A DNA stretch of 64,000 bases from an uncultured Candidatus Saccharibacteria bacterium (GTDB taxonomy: Bacteria; Patescibacteriota; Doudnabacteria; UBA920). Made by a program: the position numbers and the translations under genes. This document shows positions 10,534 to 21,400 of this stretch, one piece after another. The DNA lies in the NCBI GenBank assembly GCA_964612745.1, contig CAZTCH010000007.1:1327-65326 (forward strand). The letters run 5' to 3'. Every line of letters starts with the position of its first letter. The stretch's first letter is position 1. The notes under the pieces were generated by a model, which was given only the letters and a program-made list of their open reading frames with translations, was not told the origin of the DNA and made no database searches.

Positions 10534-11281
10534 ATTCCGGCAAAGAATTCCACATAATATCTAACATTTGTTTGTGCATTTGAACAATACTAGGATTTTC
10601 TATAATTATAGTCACTAGAGGCTGTACAAGTTGCTGGATAATAACTTTTTTTGGTATTAGCAGCATATTTGTTAAGAGCTCCGCGCCTGGTGGTAAAATT
10701 TTGACTTGGCAATTATATTGTTGTTGCAGTCGCTTAAACTCTTGTCCAATCGGGGTATCTTGTAAAATAAGCCGAACATCTAGATTGTATTTTCTTCTAC
10801 GCTTACGGTAATCAGCAAAATATTCTTCATCTAGCCCATACCAAATTTCTTCATTCGCAAATACATAGTAATAATCTTTAGGTCGTACATCCTCTAATAC
10901 ACTTTCATACGCAGTACGCATACCAACGATACCTTCGTAATATTTTATTACACTCTCCCCACCCTTTAAACTATAGAGTGCTTCTAACTCTGGTAAAGCA
11001 CTTTTTAATTTAAAACGTTTGCTCTCCAAAACCGTCTCCAAGCGGCTAGGACTCTCTGCAGCGAATAACCGCTTAAAACCTTTGGGCTCAATACGCACTA
11101 AACCTTTAGTCATGAGAGTATTAACCACAGAATAGACTGTGGTTCTTTTTATAAGTGCTGCATCTGCTATATCCATTACAGTAGACGGACCTAGGGATAA
11201 ACTAGCTAAATACACCTTGGATTCATGATCGCTTAAGCCAAGGTCAGTTAACAATTCAGAGAGTTTTTCTATATTTTTCAT
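10532..11281 (-). CDS. TrmB-family transcriptional regulator
   Basis: LGLSDHESKVYLASL, IKRTTVYSVVNTL wHTH, IKYYEGIVG, C-terminal IIENPSI. Confidence 0.88.
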   Translation of the reverse strand: MKNIEKLSELLTDLGLSDHESKVYLASLSLGPSTVMDIADAALIKRTTVYSVVNTLMTKGLVRIEPKGFKRLFAAESPSRLETVLESKRFKLKSALPELEALYSLKGGESVIKYYEGIVGMRTAYESVLEDVRPKDYYYVFANEEIWYGLDEEYFADYRKRRRKYNLDVRLILQDTPIGQEFKRLQQQYNCQVKILPPGAELLTNMLLIPKKVIIQQLVQPLVTIIIENPSIVQMHKQMLDIMWNSLPE

Positions 11282-11285
11282 ATTT

Positions 11286-11368
11286 TGTCGATTTATTCGA
11301 CATCATAATTGCAAATCTATGCATTAACATTTTAACATATTTTCATTATATTGTCGACATAAATGACA
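11286..11368. promoter_or_regulatory. Pair of palindromic TGTC-N9-GACA operator candidates
   Basis: TGTCGATTTATTCGACA (11286-11302) and TGTCGACATAAATGACA (11352-11368) in the divergent intergenic region. Confidence 0.6.
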
Positions 11369-11465
11369 TATTAAAATTATTGTGCAATAATTATTACATA
11401 AAAGCAAATATCCAAACTATCTAATCAAAAAACTTAGGCAACACTTCCAATCTCTAGGAGGAGAT

Positions 11466-12116
11466 ATGAAAAGCTTCACAATGTTATTATTGGCCTTGAC
11501 CACCATTTCAGTCGCCAGTGCTCAAACTTCGGTTAATGTTATTGCCAGAACAGCACTCGATTCCAATGGAAATGTGGTAAAAAATTTCACTGAAATCTCT
11601 TTCGAAAAAGGTCGTTGGACCCCTTTCGACATTGTGATTATTGGCAAACCAGATGGTCGCACCAGTGAAATAGCAATTGGTGGTGGATTAAAAATATCCA
11701 CAAATAAACACTTCACATGGTCTAGTGAGTTATTACTAGTAAAGGACTTGGGGGAGAAAACTCAAAAAGGTTTTTACTTGCAACCATTCCATTATTTTAG
11801 TGGGCACCTTAACCATGAACTCCGCTGGCAGATAGTAACCATTCCCTATCTCGCTTTAAGTAGTCGAAGCAAATTTCAATTTACGCTGGAGCGCGCACGA
11901 TTACTTAAAGATACGAGAGTTGGAACAGTAGGAATAGGTACCGGCGGGTTTAAATCAGGAAAAAGCAAATTCCAGACCCGCCCACTAGTCAGTTTTCAAC
12001 CAAAGGGTTGGCCAGTAGACTTTTGGTATCAAGTTTACTTACCAACAACTCAATCACCACACACAAGGCATACATTTCAAGTCCGATTCTCTTTTAAAAA
12101 GAAATTGGTCGGATAA
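11466..12116 (+). CDS. Secreted beta-strand-rich protein, putative beta-barrel
   Basis: SD AGGAGGAG, signal peptide ending ASA-Q, alternating hydrophobic strands, terminal strand TFQVRFSF. Confidence 0.65.
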   Translation: MKSFTMLLLALTTISVASAQTSVNVIARTALDSNGNVVKNFTEISFEKGRWTPFDIVIIGKPDGRTSEIAIGGGLKISTNKHFTWSSELLLVKDLGEKTQKGFYLQPFHYFSGHLNHELRWQIVTIPYLALSSRSKFQFTLERARLLKDTRVGTVGIGTGGFKSGKSKFQTRPLVSFQPKGWPVDFWYQVYLPTTQSPHTRHTFQVRFSFKKKLVG

Positions 12117-12180
12117 CCCAACAACCCAGCCGCGAACAAATTGCACTCGTTCGCGGCTCCTTTCTCAAAAAGTGTTTCAT

Positions 12181-12882
12181 ATGAAGATATATTCAGAACA
12201 AGCAAAAAAATATTTAACACTAACCCAAAATGACCCTATCAAAGAGTTTAGCCAAAGACCAACGATTTTATCTTTACTCGGCAACCTAGGTAAAAATGTG
12301 TTGGATATTGGTTGTGGGAATGGTATTCTTGACCAATTACTGATTAATAATGGATACTGTGTGGTTGGCTTTGACAACTCTAAAGAGCAAATCATCCTAG
12401 CAAAGCAAAATTGTCCGAAAGGTAGACTCTTCATGGCTGATCAAAACTCTTTTTCCTGCGAAAAAAAGTTTGATTGCGTAATAGCCGTATTGGTGTTAAT
12501 GCACTCAAAAAACAATAAAGAGTTATTGCATTTTTTCCAATGCGCTAAAGATAACTTAAAACCTAGTGGGAAGTTTGTTGGAATGGTTTATAACGAAAAC
12601 TTTAACCATTTCAATTCTCCATATTACGGACGCATATGGAGAAAACTACCTAACCAAAAAATCGAAGTTAGCTTTCTAAACCCTAACAACAAATTACTAA
12701 CAAAAACCACCGCCAGAAACATTGGCCACACTGAATATGGCGCCACCGCAAATGCTGTGGGTTTTAATAAACTCACATGGCATCCTCTGGTAATTACTAA
12801 GGAAGGATTAAATACACTCGGTGATGATTACTGGAGCGAGTATAAACAAGACTGTCCTTACACTTGTTTTATCGCCTCATAA
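12181..12882 (+). CDS. Class I SAM-dependent methyltransferase
   Basis: VLDIGCGNG, VVGFDNS, FDCVIA, LKPSGKF; AT-rich. Confidence 0.88.
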   Translation: MKIYSEQAKKYLTLTQNDPIKEFSQRPTILSLLGNLGKNVLDIGCGNGILDQLLINNGYCVVGFDNSKEQIILAKQNCPKGRLFMADQNSFSCEKKFDCVIAVLVLMHSKNNKELLHFFQCAKDNLKPSGKFVGMVYNENFNHFNSPYYGRIWRKLPNQKIEVSFLNPNNKLLTKTTARNIGHTEYGATANAVGFNKLTWHPLVITKEGLNTLGDDYWSEYKQDCPYTCFIAS

Positions 12883-12892
12883 CAACCAAAAC

Positions 12893-12926
12893 AAAGCAGT
12901 TACTCGGCATACCGAGTAACTGCTTT
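12893..12926. terminator. Bidirectional intrinsic terminator
   Basis: AAAGCAGTTACTCGG-cata-CCGAGTAACTGCTTT. Confidence 0.8.
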
Positions 12927-12970
12927 TAAAATGTTTGAAATTTGTTAATTGTTATTTGAACTTTACAATC

Positions 12971-14059
12971 TTATTGTTTATAAGCTTCTTCTGTAGAGGG
13001 GGTCAGAGTGACGTGCTGTGCGGGCATTTCAAGCGGATGGGTGGTTGTGATAAACGTCTGGAACTTGCCTTGTAAATATTTAAGCAAGAATGTTCGACGT
13101 TGGTCGTCTAGTTCTGAGAGTACATCGTCGAGTAACAATATCGGTTTGTCTTCCCCTTTGCTCAAATATTCAAGCTCTAATACTTTCATAGCTAAAATTT
13201 GGCTGCGCAACTCACCACGGGAAGAAAATGGAGACAAGAACAATCCATCACTCTTCAGGTTAAAATCGTCCCTATGTGGGCCAACGACACTCGAAGCGGT
13301 AGCAATTTCCCTATTCGCTTGTTCGTGCAATCCTTTGCGTAAAGATTCTTCTACTTCCTCTACTGTTGCACCAGCCAATGTTTCGTATTCAACTTCCACA
13401 GGGCGATGAAACCCAGATATAGAGCTGTAAATCTCGGCAATGTGTTGATTGAGAAAACTTATAAACCGCTTTCTGTGCATGATAATTGGCACACCCAGAC
13501 GAACAATTTGCTCGTTCCACGCAACCAACTCTTCCCTACTTGCAGCACCGGCTCTGATTTGCTGGAGTACTCTATTTTTTTGGCTTAACACCTTCTTGTA
13601 GTTTGCAACATCTTCTAAGTACTGCTGGTCTTTTTGGCTTAGTACCATATTCAGATACCGGCGGCGCCCATCTGGAGAACCTGTAAACAACATAACGTCC
13701 GCTGGTTCAAATATAACTACATTCAAAAAACCTTGTACTTCCCGCCTGCGCTTTACTACACCATCGAGCTTGAAGTTCGCATATATCCGCTCTCTTTGTT
13801 CTAGAAAAATCTCTATAGTGTGACTCTGGCCTCGTTTTTCCACAACAACCCGCACCTCTGCCGTGGACGTATCCCGCATAAAAATAAATTCGGAATCGTC
13901 TCGGAATGATTTAAACAAGGATGCAAAATACACTGATTCGAGAAGGTTAGTCTTCCCCACTGCGTTAGGACCCGAGAGAACCACGAGGTCACTCGTAATG
14001 TCTAATTCGAGTTCAGGGTAATTTCTGAAATTCTTTATGGAAATCTGTTTTACTTTCAT
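12971..14059 (-). CDS. recF: DNA replication/repair protein RecF
   Basis: NFRNY, GPNAVGKTNLLE, GPHRDD, SRGE, PILLLDDVLSELD; synteny with dnaN. Confidence 0.95.
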   Translation of the reverse strand: MKVKQISIKNFRNYPELELDITSDLVVLSGPNAVGKTNLLESVYFASLFKSFRDDSEFIFMRDTSTAEVRVVVEKRGQSHTIEIFLEQRERIYANFKLDGVVKRRREVQGFLNVVIFEPADVMLFTGSPDGRRRYLNMVLSQKDQQYLEDVANYKKVLSQKNRVLQQIRAGAASREELVAWNEQIVRLGVPIIMHRKRFISFLNQHIAEIYSSISGFHRPVEVEYETLAGATVEEVEESLRKGLHEQANREIATASSVVGPHRDDFNLKSDGLFLSPFSSRGELRSQILAMKVLELEYLSKGEDKPILLLDDVLSELDDQRRTFLLKYLQGKFQTFITTTHPLEMPAQHVTLTPSTEEAYKQ

Positions 14060-14206
14060 AAGGTAGAGATTAGAGAATAGAGGGTAGAGAGTAGAGATAA
14101 AAGAGAAGAGTTAGTCGCCTCTTCGGCGACCCGCCGAAGAGGCGGGAAGAAATAGTAAGAAAGTATTAAATAAATCACAATCCGAATTATAGTACTACAG
14201 CATAGA

Positions 14207-15313
14207 TTATGTTTTAATTGGCATTACGAGATAGCGGTACTGTTTGTCGTCTGGATCTTCAAAGACCACTGCACTTGTAGGGCTATTTAGCTTAACTCGG
14301 ACACTTCCGGAAGTCAAAAACTGCAGGACGTCTAACAAATACCGAGGGTTAAACAAAGCTGTTCCAGATCCCCCAATAATTTTTGCTTCTACATCTACCG
14401 CCCCCTCCCCCGCGTCTTGCGATTGAGCAGCAAAAAGGATATTTTGGTCATCTTCATCATATCGGAATGAAACCCCCACGGCTCCTTTAGAGAACACGGA
14501 GACGGCGCGCAAAGCTGCCATACACTCCTGTTTCCCAGCTTCTATGGTAATTGAAAAATCTTTCGGAATAATGGCCTCATACTCTGGAAATTGACCATCT
14601 ACCAACCGTGTCGACACGGTTGTGTTGCCAATCGTGAAAACTGCTTGGTTTTCCGCTACTCCAAATACTACATCTGCCCCTTCGTTTGCGTGCAGCAAGC
14701 GGACAACTTCAGAAACGGCGCGAGTTGGAAAAATCACAGAAATAGTAGGTGTTACCACCCCAGCCCCCGTAACCACAGTATACTCCGACAATCGGTAACG
14801 ATCTGTAGCAGCTACGACTAATTCTTGCCCCCTACCCAGTACCGAAACTCCGCAAAGCTCTGACTGGGTTTCGTTGGTCGAGACCGAGAATAAAACACCA
14901 TCTAAAGCTTTAGAAAGCGCTGCTGCGGGCATGGAAACTACTTCTGCCGGTAGAGTGTCTGCTATCCGTGGAAAGTCTTCTGCAGGTACTGTTTTAAGCG
15001 TTGTACGAAATTTTCCAGCAGATAACCGCAACCCACCATCCACCACCTCCAGAGTGACCGGTTCTGCGGGGAGACTTGAAACAACCTCATTCAGAAGCTT
15101 CGCAGGAAGACAGACGGAGCCCTCTTCTTCCACCTTACAACGAACAAGTTCGGAAATACCTATTTCCAAATTCGTACTAGATATCTTTAGCATTCCATTT
15201 TGAGTCTTCAAAAGAACACTTCCTAAGATTGCTAATGTACTACTACTGGATACGGCTCTACTACATATTCCAAGAGCATTTTTTAGATTTTCTTGTACTA
15301 TTATTATTTTCAT
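14207..15313 (-). CDS. dnaN: DNA polymerase III beta sliding clamp
   Basis: STNLEI, ATDRYRL, RLVDGQFPEY, YLVMPIK; downstream of dnaA. Confidence 0.96.
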   Translation of the reverse strand: MKIIIVQENLKNALGICSRAVSSSSTLAILGSVLLKTQNGMLKISSTNLEIGISELVRCKVEEEGSVCLPAKLLNEVVSSLPAEPVTLEVVDGGLRLSAGKFRTTLKTVPAEDFPRIADTLPAEVVSMPAAALSKALDGVLFSVSTNETQSELCGVSVLGRGQELVVAATDRYRLSEYTVVTGAGVVTPTISVIFPTRAVSEVVRLLHANEGADVVFGVAENQAVFTIGNTTVSTRLVDGQFPEYEAIIPKDFSITIEAGKQECMAALRAVSVFSKGAVGVSFRYDEDDQNILFAAQSQDAGEGAVDVEAKIIGGSGTALFNPRYLLDVLQFLTSGSVRVKLNSPTSAVVFEDPDDKQYRYLVMPIKT

Positions 15314-15598
15314 TGGATATATAAATAAAATACTTAGTAATAACAATAAGAACGGTGGAAAAGTGGATAGCGTTTACAGGGTGTCTTTCTTTTCCAATAA
15401 ACATTGGTATTAAACGGCGATCGGTCGGATAAAAAATCTGTAGATAACTTGGGAGTAAGCAAGCTTGAGTGATGGGGATAAGTAGTTATGTAATCCACAG
15501 ATGGGCATGTGGGTGTAACTTATCCACTTTTCGAGTGATTTCATGCACAACTTATAGCTGCCTTTTCCCTCCCCTTCTCCACAAGTTATACAGAGTGT
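15314..15598. other. Chromosomal replication origin oriC (AT-rich segment, DnaA-trios, DnaA boxes)
   Basis: AT-rich 15317-15334; trios TAG TAA TAA CAA TAA GAA (15335-15352); near-consensus boxes at 15354, 15362, 15439, 15491, 15520, 15575; the + strand visibly changes from C/A-rich to G/T-rich around here. Confidence 0.85.
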
Positions 15599-16975
15599 TT
15601 ATGAGGCATAGAGTTTATCGGTGATTAAGTCGATTTCTTGTTTAAACCCTTCTTTATCCTTTATCATTGTGTGTACTTTTTCTACGGCGTGCATAACTGT
15701 GGTGTGGTCTCGTCCTCCGAAGAACTCCCCAATGCTTGGGAATGAGCTGGTTAGCTCTTGCCTGGCCAAAAACATAGCGATTTGCCTTGGTTTTACAAAT
15801 TCCTGGCGCCGTGACTGCTTTATGAGATCTTCACCGGTTACGTTGTAGAACTCCGCAACCAAAGCGACGATTTTCTTAACGGTTATCCCCTTTTTCTTGT
15901 TATTCATCATGCCTTGGAGCATGCTTTGCGCTTGTTCTAGGGTAACTGTTCTGTTTTCTAACTCTTGAAACACAAGGAGTCTATTTAATGCCCCTTCGAG
16001 TTCGCGGACGTTGTTTTGGATATTTTCTGCTATGTAGTAGACAATATCTTCGTCTATGGTTGCGCCTCTTTTGGTTAATTTTGTGCGGAGAATTGCCATT
16101 CTCGTTTCTAAATCAGGGGCTTGAATGTCGGCAACCATCCCCCATTCAAACCGAGAGACTAACCGCTGTTCAATAGATGGGATATCTTTTGGCAGGCGGT
16201 CGGCGGTGATGATTATTTGCTTGCCTTTGTCGCGAAGTTCATTAAAAGTATGGAAAAACTCTTCTTGAGTCCCCTCTTTTCCGGCAATAAACTGGATATC
16301 GTCAATAAGGAGCATGTCTACAGTGCGATAATGCTGCTTAAATTCATCCATTTTCTTAGTAGAAATGGCGTTAATGTAGTCGTTGGTGAATTTTTCACTG
16401 GTTAAGTAGAGTACTTTTGCGCGTTGGTTTTCACTTAACAGTTTATTGGCCACTGCGTGCATTAAGTGGGTTTTTCCAAGTCCTACTCCACCATATATAA
16501 ACAGTGGATTGTACTGAGTGCCTGGGTTTTTTGCCACTGCGAGGCTGGCTGCGTGTGCAAGTTCGTTATTTTTCCCAATAATAAAGTTATCGAATATGTA
16601 TTTTTGGTTAATATTCGACTGATTTTGAATTGTTTGCTGGATTGCGTTGTTTTGTGGGGTATTTTGTGGTGTTTGTTGCGAGTTTTGCTCTGTTTGCTGT
16701 GTGGTTTCTATTTGCACTTGAGGGCGTTGCATTTGCCCAACTTGGTACTTTATTGTTTTTATTTCTGGCGCTATCCCCTTGAGCGCTTTGAGCATCTCGG
16801 CGTTGTACTTACTAGAAATCCAATCTTTGTGGTAGGTGCTTGGTACGGAAACGGTTATAACATCTTCAGTTTTCTCTGAAATGTGAGTATTCTTGAGCCA
16901 TGTATTAAAATTCGCCTTAGAAAGAGATACTTCTAAGTGTCCAAGGATTGCCTGCCAGATTTGGTCGTTGTTCAT
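15599..16975 (-). CDS. dnaA: Chromosomal replication initiator DnaA
   Basis: YNPLFIYGGVGLGKTHL, LLIDDIQF, QEEFFHTFN, NVRELEGAL, GGRDHTTVMHA. Confidence 0.98.
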   Translation of the reverse strand: MNNDQIWQAILGHLEVSLSKANFNTWLKNTHISEKTEDVITVSVPSTYHKDWISSKYNAEMLKALKGIAPEIKTIKYQVGQMQRPQVQIETTQQTEQNSQQTPQNTPQNNAIQQTIQNQSNINQKYIFDNFIIGKNNELAHAASLAVAKNPGTQYNPLFIYGGVGLGKTHLMHAVANKLLSENQRAKVLYLTSEKFTNDYINAISTKKMDEFKQHYRTVDMLLIDDIQFIAGKEGTQEEFFHTFNELRDKGKQIIITADRLPKDIPSIEQRLVSRFEWGMVADIQAPDLETRMAILRTKLTKRGATIDEDIVYYIAENIQNNVRELEGALNRLLVFQELENRTVTLEQAQSMLQGMMNNKKKGITVKKIVALVAEFYNVTGEDLIKQSRRQEFVKPRQIAMFLARQELTSSFPSIGEFFGGRDHTTVMHAVEKVHTMIKDKEGFKQEIDLITDKLYAS

Positions 16976-17082
16976 TTCGGTTCGAGGTTTTAGAAATTTA
17001 AGTACAGAGCTAGGTAATTTTTATGTATTTCTAGTAAGTTTAGTGTACTTAAACTTAAAGATACTTCATTCTAACAAGGTAG

Positions 17083-17192
17083 TTATCAACATGCTATACC
17101 CATACGATTCCGCATATATAAGCGAATAATGTTTTAATTTGTTGATTAGCTGTGGATATCCTGTGTTTTCTGTGGATATAATTTGTGGGTTA
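17083..17192. promoter_or_regulatory. DnaA-box cluster upstream of dnaA
   Basis: TTATCAACA 17083, TGTGGATAT 17151 and 17171, TGTGGGTTA 17184. Confidence 0.7.
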
Positions 17193-17197
17193 CATAG

Positions 17198-17225
17198 AAA
17201 AACCCACCAATTTTTGGTGGGTTTT
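17198..17225. terminator. Intrinsic terminator after the giant-protein locus
   Basis: AAAAACCCACCAA-t-TTTTGGTGGGTTTT hairpin. Confidence 0.7.
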
Positions 17226-17247
17226 GTTAGTTTTTATACGGTATATT

Positions 17248-18483
17248 TTATGCTTCTGGGTTTGGTTGGTTTTCCTCTGTTGGAGGTGTTGGATTTTCTG
17301 TTGGTGTTGGCTCTGGCGCTGGCGGGGATTGCGAAACTATTTGCGTTGTTGCGCTTACATTTTGGAAACCACCCATGAGCATGACGCGTACCATTCCATT
17401 TGCATTTGGTACAAGGTCCAGTGAAACACCAATAAGTTGTCCTGTTACTGTGGCTTCCAGTTTTTGTGCTTTTCCAGCAATAGCGGAAGCGGTTAGTTTG
17501 TCGCCGAGTGCGATTGTGCCTGTGACTGCAACTTGTTTGTAGGTACCGGTTATTACAACACTCAGGAATTCTCCTGGTTTAACAACGGTTGGGTCGCTGC
17601 TGGAAATACTTGGATCGATGTTGAAGTCGGACAAGTTTTTGTCTGCAATACCTACAAGTACTACATTGTCACCAGAAACTGCTGGTGCAACGGTGATTGT
17701 GGGTTGTTCACCAAGTGTTGGTACGTCTACAGCGCCGGTGAGCATGAGCACATCTCCTTGGTGGATATCTTGTGTACTCGTGTTTTTTGCAATAATTGCT
17801 GTGGAACCAAGGATGCGTCCAAGTACAACCAAATCTTTTTTCACTAAGATGGTTCCTTGTGCAGTAATTGTCCCTGTGTGGGCAATAGAGAGTAGGGAAG
17901 TGTCGTTGTTTTTTATTTCAAACACATTTCCTGTGCTTGCAGAGGCAGACAGAAGGAAGGTGCCTTCGTTCGTGAGGAGTAATCTGTCCGTACTTTCTTT
18001 TTGTACTTGCAGAATAGAACCGCTACCTTTTTGGTTAATAACCAATGTGCCTACTTGTTCTGGGGGTGTAGGATTGTTTGTGTTTGCGAGCTGTTCGCCA
18101 TCTTCAAGTACAAAGGTGTTGTTTATGAACTGATACCCAGGTTTTATGTAGATAACAACAGTTTGCTTTGCAGGGTTGCTGCCGTCAAAGCTTTCTATTG
18201 CTTGACCAATAACTTGCCCGCTTCGGGTTGCTTTCATTGCATATCCTGCGGTTGTTGCAGAAGAGGTAATGTAGTCACCAGGAACTATTGGCCCATTTTC
18301 CATAGTGACTTTTACTGGAACGCGTCCGACAAGGGCGACCGCTGGGCGCATTGGGTTGTTGGTTGCGCTGGCAGTACCACCAGCAAGGAAGTTGGTGCCA
18401 TCGAGCAATGCTCCAGGGTTGGTAGAAACAACACCGAGTAAGCTCTTTTGGTAGCCTTTACTAGATTTTTCTACTTTCTCCAC
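17248..18483 (-). CDS. C-terminal part of the giant fibre-like protein (chaperone/peptidase G2-like region), in a different frame from the upstream ORF
   Basis: VEKSSKGYQKSLLGVVSTNPG, VALVGRVPVKV, GDYITSS..GYAMKA continue the domain that begins DYAEIY in the upstream ORF. Confidence 0.7.
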   Translation of the reverse strand: MEKVEKSSKGYQKSLLGVVSTNPGALLDGTNFLAGGTASATNNPMRPAVALVGRVPVKVTMENGPIVPGDYITSSATTAGYAMKATRSGQVIGQAIESFDGSNPAKQTVVIYIKPGYQFINNTFVLEDGEQLANTNNPTPPEQVGTLVINQKGSGSILQVQKESTDRLLLTNEGTFLLSASASTGNVFEIKNNDTSLLSIAHTGTITAQGTILVKKDLVVLGRILGSTAIIAKNTSTQDIHQGDVLMLTGAVDVPTLGEQPTITVAPAVSGDNVVLVGIADKNLSDFNIDPSISSSDPTVVKPGEFLSVVITGTYKQVAVTGTIALGDKLTASAIAGKAQKLEATVTGQLIGVSLDLVPNANGMVRVMLMGGFQNVSATTQIVSQSPPAPEPTPTENPTPPTEENQPNPEA

Positions 18484-21400
18484 CTACACTGCTCACGGCC
18501 AAGACTTCTCCAGCAGCGACTGGTGCTACTGAGTCGTAGATTTCAGCGTAGTCAGCACAATCAAAATCAGAGAATGCTGGGTCAACGTTACACGTGCCAC
18601 GGAACGTACCAGATGTGCGAATGTCACCAGAGACATCGAGTTTGTATGTTGGCGACATGCCAATTCCCATGTTGCCACCATCGGTTAGGGTGAGGAGCGC
18701 AGCACTGTAAGCACTGTTAATGACTTGCAATGAACTATCGCTCATCACACGGATAAATTTAGATACACCAGTACTGTTGTTGTTGTATAATTGTAGGTTT
18801 GTACCATTTGAGCTGTTTGAATCAAGACGGAGACCAGAGGTGTTACTTGCAGTATTTGCTACTACATGTAGTTGTGATACTGGTGCGCTTGTTCCAATAC
18901 CCACAAATCCGCCAATATATGCTCCATAGTTCGTATCTGCTCCTGATTGAGTGTCGACATATAAACCGTATTGCGTGCTGGTGCCAGTAGTATTCATACT
19001 ACCGTTAGCAATATAGATACCGTAGCTGTTTATGGTGCCACCAGTGGTGAGTGTCGCTGCGTTGGCAATGTAATTCCCATACACATTTACTGTAGAGCCG
19101 GTTGTTGAACCGGTTGAACTTGGGGCAAAGTAACCACCAAAGACTTGTGTGGTGCCTCCGGTGTTTGCGCCCGATGTGGAAGGCCCGGAATAAATACCCC
19201 AGACTTGTCTTGTACCAGTGGAAATAGCACCAGTGATGCTAGAGTTAAACAACCCAGCGGTGGTGGTGTCTGCAGTGGTAGAACTCGAAGATACGGTGAA
19301 GTACCCTGCATATGCATTTTTAGCAGCGTTTCCACTGAGTGTTATACCAGAATAAAAGTTGTTGTTGCTATTTGCAACGTTGGTTGAGTCAGTACCCGAA
19401 ATAACTATTCCGTAACTACTAGCAGCTGTGCCCGAGCTATAGTCTGGGTTAAAGCCTGCCAAGTAGCCACCAGTACCAGAAGCACCGACGTCAGAAGTGA
19501 CTCGTAATATACCTGTTCCAGTTATTCCTGTAGAGGTTGGTCCGACAATATTTAGTCCTGCTCCTGTAGTAAGAGAAGAGGTGGTTATTTTTTGTGCGGT
19601 GCCAGTAGTCACTGTTGAAACTAAGTCTAAACCAGCAGTAGCAGCAGCGCTGGAGCCAACTGTAATATTTCCAGTTGTTGTGTCAATAGCAAGGTATGTT
19701 GGGTCAAATGCGCCAGTGGTTCCAGCCCCAAAACCGAATATATTGCTCGTTTGTTTATATCCTAAACCAACCACAGAGCTAGCAGCTCGGATAAAAGAAA
19801 TGTGTGAGCCTGTGTGTCCAGTGGCTGCTTTTACTATTTGGATGGCACCGTAGTTAGAACTATCGCTTCCTCCATCTTCTATGGTTAATTTTGCAGGAGG
19901 TGTGGTGGTTCCAATACCGACATTTCCTGCTGCTACTAGCAACCCGTAGTTAGCAGTAGTAGCGCCAGAAGCAGAAAGGTACGCTGCTACGTTTGTACCA
20001 GATGTTACGTTTGTATTAGTTACTGTGGAGTAGAGGCCGTATGCTGTGTGGCCTGTGCTACCATTTGCGCCGGTTCTTGCGAGGTTGAGTAGGGTGGAGC
20101 TTCCGGATATGCCGCCAGCAGTAGAGCTTGATGAGATTGCAGTGAGGTTTCCAGTGCTCAGTGATGTACTAGAGATGTCTACGCCATTACCAGAGGTGAG
20201 GGAGTTGGCAGCGATTTGCACGCCAGCAGAAGCGCCGGTGCCATTGGTTACTGTAGGTTGGAAAATATTGTTTGCAGTAAATGTATTTGCAGCATTTTTG
20301 TATGCCACATTACTGAGTGTCCCTGCTGTGTTAATACTTGCTCCACCAAGTTGTAGAGCTGATGTTGCGTTGATGGTTGCAGAAGTAACACTGGTGGTTA
20401 CGGTTATGGCTGTTGACCACGCTGGTGCGACGCCGACACCTCCAGAAACAAGCACTGAGCCTGTGGCTACCCCTGCAAGTTTTGATAACGCAGAAGATGA
20501 AGATGCATAGAGTATGTCTCCAGTAGTGTAGCTGCTTTGTCCTGTACCGCCATGGTTTGCAGCGAGCGCTGTTGCATCTACAGACCATGTGCCACCTGTT
20601 ATATAGGGGACACCAGTAGAACCAGAGGTGTTAATTCCAGTGCCACCATAAGTAGAAGAAATGGCAGTGCCGTTCCAAGTGCCGCTGGAAATGGTACCAA
20701 CTGTGGTAATAGAGCTAAGGTTGCCCGTAGTAATAAGTGTGCCAGACGCGTCTGGGACGGTCATTGTTCTGTCTGCAGAAAGGTCGGTTACATCAAATAT
20801 TCCGTAGAAAGCACCACCGGCACTTTCTAGTATTTTTAGTTCTGATGCAGCGTTGTTGAGTGTGATATCGAACGCACCAGTTTGACTCCAGTCGGCGGAA
20901 AGTGCACCAAGTGCAAGTGTTAGTGCAGCACCTTCGGAACCGCCATTACCCCCAGAAATACCAGAGCCATTGGTAATACTTGTCACATAGTTGCCAGTTG
21001 TATGTGTGCCAAGTGTGATTAAGTCTGTGAGTGATGTTGCGCCAGTGCCACCATTACCTACTGCGAGTGTGCCAGCTACTTCCGCAGTGCCGAGATCGAC
21101 TGCGGTGGTGGTGGAACCACTTCCAGTGAAGAGGGAGGCGGTTAAGGTGTCGGATACATAGGCATCGGTAAGCGCAGTGCCATTCCATGTACCAGAAGTA
21201 ATTACACCAGTGTTTGCCGTGATAACTAATCCATTGTAAGAGGTGGCACCTGTAACAGCACCCGTCAGACCAAGGGTGGTAAATGACCCACCAGCAGTAC
21301 ACGCAAATGCACCAGTAGAGTTAGTAACAGTACAACCAGTGGAACCAGACCCGCCACCAAGAAGCACATCGCCAGTAGATGATGCGCCAATGCTCACTGT

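Noticed and set aside
12174-12189. Isolated parS-like site TGTTTCATATGAAGAT
   Set aside because: The right arm is poorly matched and it is a single copy overlapping a start codon; could be chance.
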